A DNA stretch of 64,000 bases from Heterodontus francisci (Eukaryota). A program made the translations under genes and the position numbers. Of this stretch, positions 41,550 to 53,400 are shown in pieces. How positions within the stretch are numbered: the stretch's first letter is position 1; each line of letters opens with the position of its first letter. The notes below the pieces were generated by a model. That model worked only from the letters and a program-made list of their open reading frames with translations, searched no databases and was not told the origin of the DNA. The stretch is from positions 23,071,308 to 23,135,307 of the forward strand of contig NC_090402.1 of assembly GCF_036365525.1 (NCBI RefSeq), in the 5' to 3' direction.

Positions 41550-42700
41550 TAAGAATGGCTGTGAATAGTTAATGTATCTACATAACACAGTTTAAATCTT
41601 AAATATCTATTTTCCACAAATTTAGAAAACTGCAGTGATGAATTTCACTAATTTGAGATTCTTGGACCAAGAGCTGTAAGGGGAAAACTTTTATCCCTGT
41701 CGCAGGTTGCCTATGACACAGCTGTTGATACAGGCTGCTTGGTTCTTTTGGGTGTGCTTGTATTAGGAATATAAAGTTGGCATGCAGGTATAGCAAGCAA
41801 TTAGGAAGGCAATGGGCATATTTCCCTTGATGGTAGGGATTAGAGTACAGGAATAAAAAATCTTGCTACAATTGTATAAGGTTTTGTTATCACATCTGGA
41901 GTATTGTGCCATTTTGGTCTCCACATTCAAGAAAAGATATACTTGGATTGGAGGTGCTACAGTGAAGGTAAACTAATTGGTCCTTGCAATTTAAAGGCCT
42001 GCTCGGGTCTCCAATTGAAATCATACCTGAGCCTGACGGAACTACATCCAACCCAGCCCAAGTCCTTTGATTTTTTTTTTTCCCCCCATGCCTGACCTGA
42101 CCACTGGACTGAAGTTGAACATATTGGAGGTTGTGCTCTACCTTAGATGGAATTTTTCACTGCAGACTTGTGCAGAGTCTGGATGTGTGTTTCCTGCCTT
42201 GACATCCTGACTGTCACGTGTTCAACCTGGCCCGAGTTGAGCCCAAATGCCAGCCCCAGAAGAGTGACCTGACCCTGATGTCTGGCCCTGTCTGGTTTGA
42301 ATAGGGTAGCTATGCTCTACCTGGGATGAGGGGGTTGTCCTGAGCAATTTGGGCCTGTAAATTTTTCCTTTTGGGAGTTTAGGAGAGGTTATCGCAATTG
42401 ATTGTTTCTGCTGGTCAGGGACCCTAAAACATCAGTACAGTCTCAGGATAAGGGTTGATTGATCATTTAAGAATGTGATGAGAAATTACTTTACTCAAAG
42501 GGTTGAGTCTGAAATTCTCTACCCCCAGAGGATAGATCAAGCTGGGATGAACAAATTTTTTGTGCCTTGGAATTGAGGGATATGATGAGTAGGTGGGGAA
42601 GTGGAGTTGAATCCCACGATCAGCCATGATTATATTGAATGGCAGGGCAGGCACATTGGGCCATATGGTTGTTTATTGTTCCTATTTCTTGTGTTCTAGC
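41550..42700 (+). mobile_element. Decayed CR1 3' region with an unrelated insertion at about 41990-42320
   Basis: HLEYC/FWSP-like remnants and CR1 3' UTR. The insert has cctgacc/cccga-like repeats. Confidence 0.55.
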
Positions 42701-42985
42701 ATACTGCTTTTCATAGAGCTATTGCCACTTAGGCTGTTAGCATCAGGGCTATCTAATGCGAATTGATGGTATAGTACCAGAGGGTTTACCAGGGAGTTAA
42801 GTTGAAACTGAAGCTATTTCTGCATTGACACTGGCAACAGTGAACACATCTACATTAACATCAAAGACAAATGAACAAAATGTAGGATGTATAGTTTCAA
42901 TCAACTTTTATATTCAAAGTTTCTAATTACATTTTTCAAAGTTTTTAACTAACATAATACTGTATAAATTACCACCTCTTTCTAT

Positions 42986-43238
42986 AAAATGCATTGTAAT
43001 GTATGACCCATGATAGGACTAATTTTATATCTGCACAATGACAATTTCACATTTGGTTAATACTTCATTAGTGCTGTTGTGACAGATTTCCTTTACATTA
43101 AAATCATATTTATACAAGGATAACAGCATTACACAAACCTTATTGCAGTAAGTCTTAAGCTCCCTGAATAAGATGCAGCTAAAATGGGCAGCATTTGTAT
43201 TTTTATTGCTATACAAACTTTCATGTAATCTTTAAGCA
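42986..43238. repeat. Copy 1 of a local duplication of about 250 bp (copy 2 at 46617-46884)
   Basis: Both begin aaaatgcattgtaatgtatgacccatgataggactaattttata and stay collinear to tatacaaactttcatgtaat...aagca. Confidence 0.9.
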
Positions 43239-43814
43239 TACAAAAATGTCACTTCCTGTGAGGGTTAATTTTAGATGCTGTTGTAGGCGTATAGGCTTTG
43301 TGTCAGTATCGGAGTTCTCAACCCTTAAACTTGTACATATTTTGTTTCATGCTCAGGGAAGATATGGAGACAATGTCTTGGAACACAAGGTGATGTCTGC
43401 ACAGGGCCATTTGGGGGGAGTGTGGTGCTGGGGGAAGCTGAGGGATTCAAGTGGAAGCTCTTGCCAAAAACTGGCAGCTACAAAGGATTCCATAGTAGAT
43501 ACTATGATGCTTAGAAGATCATAGGCTAATCAATGAGTTCAAACTTGCAAGTTATACCTTTTAAAAACCTATCTACATGAGTTTTTATATTGCCTGATCT
43601 TAATACACTTTTAAGTTCCAGACTCTCCAGTTAATGGACATAATTTAATCTGGAATATGCTTTGTATGTCATTGCTAAGACTCCATTGATAAAGTGTCAG
43701 TGGGGTTGTAAATTATTTGCAAGAATAAATACTCGTGAATTGGTAAGGAAAAATTCACTGAAGCAGGACTTCAGCTTGAAGAAAGCTCAATGTTAAGTAA
43801 AATCAGTGAATTGG

Positions 43815-43996
43815 TATCAAATAAAACAAAATACTGGAACTACTCAGCAGGTCTGGCAGCATCTGTGGAGCTAGCAACAACGGTCCCAGACCTGAAATGT
43901 TAACTCTGTTGCTGTCTCTACAGATGCTACCAGTCCTAAGCATTTCCAGCATTTTCTGTTGGTTTTAGATTTCCAACAGCCACAGTATTTTGCTTT
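43815..43996. mobile_element. Penelope terminal fragments in inverted arrangement
   Basis: gcagcatctgtggag (43856-43870) is complementary to ctctacagatgctac (43916-43930). Flanked by direct repeat tgaattgg. Confidence 0.65.
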
Positions 43997-44143
43997 TGAA
44001 TTGGCAACATGAATTTTCCAAGTCTATCACCGCTTTTGATGGTGCATTTCTATTCGGGTGGAGGAGATAATATTGCAGAGAACTGGTAACCATGGGAGGG
44101 GAGTAGGGTGCAATGTGCCTGCTGCAAGACTGATAGTATCCAG

Positions 44144-44454
44144 TTAATAGCCATCAATTAGTGTGACGAAACAGTCGCTATAAATTTCCCCCCGAGTATC
44201 CATGCCACCAAATATTAAGCACAGGTTCACAATGTTCTTGGTTTGATTTTGAACTGCTGAATAATCCTTCAGAGTAAGATTTCCATCATTCCCACTTGGT
44301 ATGTTCCCCTCAGCTGACTCTGCACCACCATCGTTTGCTGCAGCAGTAGAAGTTTCAGATTCTCCCATTTTCCAGGGTATAACACACATAGCATGATCCA
44401 GCCGTCCTGCTGGCAGACAGGAATCAAATTCTAATAGTGTCCAGCAATTTGTTT
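44144..44454 (-). CDS. RABEPK: RABEPK last coding exon
   Basis: ETNCWTLLEFDSCLPAGRLDHAMCVIPW...IFGGMDTRGEIYSDCFVTLIDGY*. Confidence 0.92.
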
Positions 44455-47400
44455 CTGTAAAAAGTGAAATAAAATATGTAATTTTAAAATGAAATCTCAA
44501 TGGGCTCTTGTAAAAACTACTTAAGAGTCCACTCGAAAATAATTCAGTGGAGAACTTGTATATCCAAGCTATAAGTGTCGACATGCACAACTGCAGTTAG
44601 GAAGCTAGTTATTTCAAGAAAATAAAAATTGTCTTCAACTTAAAAGGCATTTTAAACTAATACACATGAATAAAACTACTGCCCACTCATCCTTAAATGT
44701 TCCTTTCATTTTAATACTTTTGGTTAACACCAGTCATCCTGTGCATGTAATATGTGAATATTGTAATGACTGGTTACAAACCAGCATTGGCAAAGACCTG
44801 GGAACAGGTTGCCTGACATCCTATTGGGGAACTGCAAGCTAAGCCAGGTGGATTTTTAAAAATTGTACTATTAGCATAGGGAAAGATGGAAAATATAAAA
44901 AAATAAATTGCACAATGGAAATAGTAATCAAAACCATACAAGTTTAACATTCAAACAAACATAGGAACAAGGTGGCCTGTAAGTCAATTCAGCTCACCCA
45001 CTGTTTTGGTCTAACAGAAGTAATATTTCTAGACCACTGGTAACAAAAAAATCTGTTTTGCATTTGAATAATTGCATTGAAATTTTGGTGGAAATCCAAT
45101 AGAGTGCAGAGATCCTCCTTCAGATTATTTAACAGGATAAATGGATAATTTGAGATTTTTATTGTCCAGGAGAGGCCTTGTCAAAATTTATTCAAAATCA
45201 ACCATAGCTCATTATTTTAACAGATCAAAATAAGGAATTATTGGGACTGGTCTATTGCTGCATAGATTTTCAAATGAACAATGCCATTACAGAACTCTGA
45301 CGCAGAGGGAGTTGAAAGCACCTACCAACGTCATACTTATACATAGTGTTCAATGCTCCTGTGACATCCATACCACCAAAGATGAAGATGTACTTTCCAT
45401 GGGAAATCGCAGAATGAGCTGCACAGCCTCCTGGGATGTCACCCTTCATTTTTACTTTTTTCCATTTCATGTTAACTGCAGCTGTAAATCAAGACATTAA
45501 AAAAATGAAACATTTTCAGAATATATCTAGAATTTTATTGAATGCATTTTAAAAAATAAGACTAGTTTGCTTTCAGATCAGGCTCCAAGCACTCCGTAAT
45601 GTAGCATGTTTTAATTCTTCAATCCCCTTATTTCCTATCCAGTTTTTTTTCTTAGAATTGAGTTTTCAATTCCTGCTTTGTTTGTTGTGATCTCTCTTAC
45701 ATTTTTCTAAATTTCCCCCTCCTTTCTGTTCCCTAGTACTGAGGATGATTATTAATCTGATGAGAGCAGCCAGCCAACCTGCTCTCTGTCCTTTTCCTGT
45801 ACTGTTCCATAACTTGTTCCTTGTGCAAATTTCCTAAAATCAAGACAGCAACATTTATAAAATACTTCAATGAACAATAAGGATTGCTACAAGCACAATT
45901 TTTCATATCTTAAGTATGTGCAGGACCTACCTGTATTAATGACATACATATCGTTAAAAAATTTGTCCCCTGCTAATCCTCCGTGGATGAATAATTTGCT
46001 ACCTACAGCAACCATCACATGGCCATGTCTTGGTGCTGGTGATCTTCCTTCTGTTGGTTGCTGAGACCAGCTAAGTGTGACTAAAAAATGAATGCATTTT
46101 GATTAGCATTTTCATGGGGAGAAAAAATTGTTAATTGCCAAATATTGACAATAATTTAACTGGCATTTCAAATACTTGGATTCTCTCATGCCATGATGGA
46201 GCAGCATACTGATGCCAACTGCTGTGGTGCCCATAAAGTGAGTTCCTGGCCCTCACTGACAGAAGGAGGAAGTGAACAAATGCTGCACACATTTGCAACT
46301 CTTTGCAAAATGTCCCAGCAAGTTCAAGTAGCAGCAGCAAATTCTTGGAAGCAAATTACCTGCCCATCCTCTGGCAAGGGAATAGTGCAGCATCTTAAGA
46401 TGGGACGATCACTTTGAAGCAAGGAAAATATACGCTTTAAGAAAGTACTGGGAAACATTCATCACTATCAACTTGGCTCATTGGCAGCATTCTTGCCTCT
46501 CAAGTCAAAAGGTTGTGGCTTCAAGTTTAACTCCAGGATTTGAGCAAATAATTATGTGCTGATTACTGAGGGTATTACTGAGGGTGTGCTTCATTGTCAG
46601 AGGTGCTAACACCAACAAAATGCATTGTAATGTATGACCCATGATAGGACTAATTTTATAACTGCACAATGACTTAATTTCACATTTGGATAACACTTCA
46701 TTAGTGATGTATCCTTGTGACAGATTTCCTTTACATTAAAATCATAAATGATTTATACAAGTGGATAACAACATTACACAAACCTTATTGCAAATAAGTT
46801 TTAAGCTCTTTGAATAAGATGCAGCTGAAAAGGGCAGCATTTGTATTTTTATTTCTATACAAACTTTCATGTAATGTGTAAGCAAGTGATCATTTGTTGT
46901 TTATGAAACCTTGTGCCCAAATTAGGGGCGGCGCCGTGGTTAGCACCGCAGCCTCACAGCTCCAGCGACCCGGGTTCAATTCTGGGTACTGCCTGTGTGG
47001 AGTTTGCAAGTTCTCCCTGTGTCTGCGTGGGTTTCCTCCCACAGCCAAAAAAGACTTGCAGGTTGATAGGTAAATTGGCCATTATAAATTGCCCCTAGTG
47101 TAGGTAGGTGATAGGGGAATATAGGGACAGGTGAGGATGTGGTAGGAATATAGGATTAGTGTAGGATTAGTATAAATGGGTGGTTAATGGTCGGCACAGA
47201 CTCGGTGGGCCGAAGGGCCTGTTTCAGTGCTGTATATCTAAATCTAAAAATCTAAATCAAATTAGCCTCCATGTTTTCCTTCAGAATTGCAGTCAGGGCA
47301 TCTAAGAAGTAATTCATTACCAATTAAGTGCTTCGGGGTATCCTGCAAATGTGAAATGTACTGTATAAATCCAAGTTCTCGCTTCTACCTTGGATGGCTT

Positions 47401-50400
47401 GTTCAGCTAAGCTGACCCCATATCTTGACCATACATGATATAGACTGCACCTTATCAAAACCTGTACTGTGCCTCCTTGTCTCCACTGTCACAGATCCTC
47501 ACCACCTCCAGTCTCAGCTTTCCCAATACCCTATGACTTGGATATAAAAATTCTACCTGATTAAGATTACTTAAAATCTTTTACTTGTTAAACTGCTTAT
47601 TTGTACCTTTATCAAATGCATGGAGTTGTGTATCTTGTACAGGCTCTGCTCCCTTGTCTCCACCGCCAAAAACATACAGACAGTCTCCAATAGCTGCAGT
47701 AGAGCCGTGGCATGTGCGGGGTGTTGGTGGAGTCCCATTTACTGCTGGGCTTCTCCACACTCCAGTTTCTGGTTCAGACAGCACACACTGATTACAGCAA
47801 CAATTACATTATGTCTCATCAATAACTATCATTTCTAGTTCAAGCTTGTAATCTATCCTGTATAACTTGTAATTCTATTGATGGTGCAATAAAAAACATC
47901 AGGATTCAACTAAAATGGGTGCAACTATAACATATTTTCAGCACCACACGACATGTCTTGGTAAAATAACTCAACCGATCGATTAAAATTTGATGAATAG
48001 TTACACCCAACACCATGGCCCAGAAATTGCTGGAGCGGGGCATCTTCATTGTGCCCAGTTGGTTAGATTTTGTTCCTTGCCTTTCAACTCAAAAAAATTT
48101 TGCGCTCTAAAATGCCAGTTAAATGTGAGCTCAATGGGACATCTGGGTTTCTTAAGTAATGAGGTATAGGGATAGAGAAAGAAACATAAGAACAATGGAG
48201 GAAGCAACTGGGTGAATTAGAGTAAAATTAAGTGCAAAAAAAGAGAAATAAAGAGAAAGGAAGAAAGATTGGATTAAGTGAGAAAAGAGACACAAAAAGG
48301 AAAAGAAACAGAGTGTATAAATTTTTGAAACCTTCAAAAACAATTTACTACCTGCAGGAATTTTTTAAAAATTCTTTCATGGGATGTGAGCATCATTGAT
48401 AAGACCACCATTTACTATACATCCCTAATTGCCCTTGAGAAGGTGGTGGTGAGCCACCTTCTTGAACTGCTGCAAGCCATGTGGGGTGGGTACACCCACA
48501 GTGCTGTTAGGAAGGGAGTTCCAGGATTTTGACCCAGCGACAGTGAAGGAATGGCGATATAGTTCCAAGTCAGGATGGTGCGTGGCTTGGAGGGGAACTT
48601 GCAGGTGGTGGTGTTCCCATACATCTGCTGCCCTTGTCCTTCTAGGTGGTCGAGGTCAAGGGTTTGGAAGGTGCTGTCTATGGAGCCTTGATATGTTGCT
48701 GCAGTACATCTTGTAGATGGTACACACTGCTGCCACTGTGCGCCAGTGGTGGAGGGAGTGAATGTCTGTGGGTGGGGTGCCAATCAAGCGGCTGTTTTGT
48801 CCTGGATGGTGTCGAGCTTCTTGAGTGTTGTTGGAGCTGCACCCATCCAGGCAAGTGGAGAGTATTCCATCACACTCCTGACTTGTGCCTTGTAGATGGA
48901 ATGAAATTCCATAGTTTCCATGTTCCCATTTCTGGAACAGAGAGTTTGAGTGGCATTGCAGGAACATAAATCTCATCATTAAAAGCTTCCTTACCAGCCC
49001 TAACTTTCTGTGGCAAATTTAATTTGTTTTCACAGCACAAATGCAGGCATTACTTGAAATGCACAGGAGACTTGATGGCGAGCTGCCATTTTGCATGTTT
49101 AATAAAGGAGCAGTGCAAATCGTCCAGCAATTTGAAGCAACCCGCAATTCATAGGGTCTCTCTTCTCACCATTATTTTGGCAGCAAATTCTGACCCATTA
49201 ACCTTTCTCTTTCAGATATTGATTGACCTGCTTTGTATTTCCAGCACTTTTTTTATTTCAAGTTTATTACTTTTTGAACCAAGAACTTCTTATGGATATT
49301 TTTTCTTCTGTTGAAAAATTATAAAACTTTGTTTATTGCATTGTTATTGTTGTTCTAGCCATAGTCCCAAAGGAACATAGGCCTCCCCCCATTAGATACA
49401 GCTGGTAATGTACAGCTTGAGGGTCACCACTCTGCAGGGGTGGGGCAAGGCAAGGAGACAGACATCCATGAACTACCACAGCCGGTACAGGGTTTGAACC
49501 CACACTTGGTATCTTTCTGTATCACACCAATTGTCTAGCCATCTGAGCGAACCAGCCCCTTTACTACATTAACAGCATAAATATATTAAACATTAAATTC
49601 TACTTGGAAAATGAAATTTACAGATCAATCTGATTTACTTTTAACATATAAAATATTGCTAAGCAAAGATTAAGGTTTATCACACAAATACACTTTTTCT
49701 ATTAAATAAATACTTTGTTACCTGCAATATGGAATTTTGAGGGAATGGGTGACTTGTAAGTATAAAAAAAATTCTTATCAGCACTCAGGTGTCTGCTTGC
49801 TCAAAAATATTAAAGTGTATAAATCACAAAAATACATTGACATTACTCCAAAATAATTATGCTCCTAAAGGTTGGTTGTTTGTACCTGACTAATAGTGTT
49901 AGAATTAACATATGAATGTAACTTTACCGAAGTTTAAAACTTGGATACTGTTCCTGTTTGCACATTCATCTGCACCACCAAATAGCCAAAGGTCGCCAGG
50001 TCTGCTCACTGGTACGAAGCTAGAGTGCTCATATCGTGGTAGTAATCCCTTCCACTCTGGTACATCCCACTCATGTCTGTCTATTTCATGGGGAACAAAA
50101 TCAGTGAATACACAGCTATGGGTACAAAGCAGTAAAGAGAGGTAATCTTGAACAGGAAATCTGGTACAACTAACATTAACAACAACAGTATAAATAAGTT
50201 CACAAACTGAATGAACAGTCTGTTTGATTCGTATTGCAATTAGGCATGCTTTCATAACATAGGAATCATTAGTACATTACCCCAGCATAGCATTATTGGA
50301 TCCCAGCCACTAAAACACTGCTATTAAAAACAAACATTGCAAAAATTAACTCAATAAGTTGGAGTTTAAAAAACTTGCAAAAATACGGAAATGTAGAGGA

Positions 50401-53400
50401 GAAAGAGAATAGAACCAATGTACATCTATTAGTTGACAATGAATAGGACTGTAACCATTCTATAGTGGAGAAAGATAAACACCCACTGACACTGCAGAGG
50501 CAGTCTGGAGTCTTGTACATTTCATCTAGAAACTTCAAAAGAATTTTTTGAGGAACTTATCCGCATGGGTTCGTCTGACTGTGTGTGTGTGAATCTTTGA
50601 AAGGCAAGCTTAATGATTATTTTTTTGTTGAAAATAATTTAGACATCACATATTATACATGATTACAATATTCATACATTTGTGCACAGATGCTTAAGTC
50701 AATCACAATTGATAGTAGCCAATAAAAACATTAACTATACAATCCACTGGTCTTGGGGTTTATGTCCCAGGCCTTCTGGACCCAACACTGCATCGAATTT
50801 GGAATCTCCTGGCTGTATCACTCAGTGCTGTGCCGCACTAAAATGTGAGTCGCACTCAAGGAAAGCTAGAATTGCATTTCATTTTAGAGTCATTCATTGT
50901 AAAATCAGAGTAGCACTGATGGTATTTAAAGCCACAGTACCATTCTACATCAAGAGTCTGTTGCAGCAACCTACAGAAATCCAAAGAGTGGTAAAACATA
51001 GACATAACCAGCTTCTTTTCCATGACTTTATAGGAGTTTTCCTATAATTGAGAATAATGCAAAGACATAACAAATACTGTGAAATCAAATGTGAGGAATT
51101 ATGGTCCTGAACTGACATTGTAACACCGTGTTGCCTTCTTAACCAAAATTATTTTCCAGTTATTTCTAAAGTCATTTAATTTTTTTTATTCAACAAACTT
51201 ACTGGACAAATTACTAAAATACAGTAGAAAATCAAGGCTTTGTATAGAGAGAAGGGAAAACAACAGCTTTGGCAAAGTTAATTCTGGAATTGCATATTAA
51301 TATAAACAGATATACTGAAAATTTCAATTTGACCAGTTGCAAACAAAACAAAATTCAAAAAAAATGTTGTTACCCAGTTCTAAGATATGGGCATCAGAAA
51401 AGCTTCCATTGGGGTTTGCTCCTCCAACTATAATGACCTTCCCTTTTTCAGAGATATCTGGAACATATGTGAGAGTATGACCAACTCGAACACTTGGATT
51501 CTCCCCTCTTGGTACAAGTGCATACCTATAAAAGGGGTTGGGGGGAGGGGGTGAGAAAGAAACAGATTCAAACATTGCTGTACACTTAGCCAAGAAATTC
51601 AAATTCACTCTCAGTGAAAAACAGGCATCCGTCTTTATAAAATAAAGAACTGTCCACAGAGGCTTAAAGAGTGTCATTATCAACCTTCTGTTCTGTCAGA
51701 TTTGGTATCATATAAAGATCACCATTTATTGTGAAACTTAGTGCACAGTATGTTTTCCCTACAAGATTGCAGTTATTTTATTTTCTCCACTCTTTAATTG
51801 ATTCCACAGCATTGAGGATAGAACTTCTTTGAAATGGACCAATAGTGTGGCACTGGGTTACCCAATGCTACCAAAAGGGTGCCAAGAATAGATATGGCCC
51901 ATTCAAACTGAAATGTTCAATAATACAATTAAATCATGGATTGGTTTCTTTCATCAAAGATACAGTTGGTGTCCTACAGTGTCTAACAGTCACAGAAGGC
52001 TTCAAGTCTACTGAACACCACAACATCCTTCTCCAAGGTGACCTGGACACACAAAAGATTGCAGAAAGGAGTTATGCAGTTAGGGAAATGCTTCCCATGG
52101 ATCTCTCACTTTCTCAACTGTGAATGGCAGACCCACTAGGACGTCCTCCAACCTGTTCGCCCTTCTGTGCACCGAGTGACTGAAGACAAGAAGAGCTAGA
52201 TTAAAATACAAAAATTGAGGAGCATCCCTGTTAAATAGTGAAACAAGAACTGCAAGCTTTGGCACTGTAAATACCTATGAAGTGGTTAAGGAAAATGTTT
52301 GAAGCCACCATGCCATACATCAGTCTCCTCCCAGGTCCCTATCATGCAGTGGGGAATTCTTGGAATCATGCTTTTCCACTAGAGATGCTCTTCTTCACTG
52401 GTCAGCAAAATATTGTACCAACAAAGAAGATAGGCAAGTTACCAGCTTTCAGATTTCTGCTAATCCTGATCTAGCTCTCCTGGGCACCAGTTTCCTTTTG
52501 CTTTGCCCCATCATCCCTTTTGTCAATTAATCTCATCTGCCCTCCACCCCATCACAGACCTTCCTTGTTGCTGTTCCTCCCCCCAACCTTTCCCATCTCT
52601 GTACTTGCTTAAAGCTTCTGATGAAAGGTCATCAACCATTTCTCGCTCCACAGATGCTGCCAGATCTGCTGAATGTTTCCAGCATTTTTCGCTTTATTTC
52701 AGATTTCCAGCAGTATTTTGCTTTTGTACCAGTTTTGTGTTCCTTATGAGTAAGTGTGCCACACCTCTGGTTTGTGCCTGTCCTAAGACTATAATCAGGA
52801 TCAGGAGTTTGTCATGTGTGGAATAACAGAAAAGTTTGCAAATTGTACTTCTCTACAACAGTGCACTGGGGCACTAAGCTGGCACACGTTAACAAAGTAT
52901 TCAGTTTCACGTCAGGAAAATATAAACACAGCCGCACCCAGCATAAGTTTCACTGTTTTAATCCTGGATGAGAAGGTGCAAAGAGTTTCATGGTACCTCC
53001 TATTTGTAAGATCTTCATGTATGATTTGCATTGGAATACTTTTTCCTTGATGCCTCAATAGCTCAGCAAGTTTATGTGAGAAAGAAGTACTTGCGTTTAT
53101 GTAGCACCTTAGGATGTCCCAAAGCACCTTACAGCCAATGAAGTACTTCTCTAGTGTAATCACTGCTGTAGTATAAGAAACGCAATAGTCAATTTGCACA
53201 CAGCAGGCTCCCACAAACAGCAAATGACAACCAGATAATCTATTTTACTGACATAGTTTGAAGGATAGATATTGGCCTGGACAGTGGAGAAAACTCCCCG
53301 ACTCTTCTTTGAAATAGTGCCATAGGATCTTTTGCGTCCACCTGAGACAGCAGAAGCAGCCTTGGTTTAATGTCTCATCTGAAAAACAGCACCTCCAACT

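Larger units (their letters stand above)
46473..47380 (+). mobile_element. Deu-domain SINE split by the duplicated segment and an HE1 SINE
   Basis: Head/core 46473-46610 (actgagggtgtgcttcattgtcagaggtgc). Tail 47266-47380 (ctgtataaatccaagttct). Confidence 0.6.

Noticed and set aside
52277-52500. Candidate RABEPK first coding exon
   Set aside because: No matching peptide. The true exon (MELLTVLEPG...W, phase 2) is at 59656-59708.
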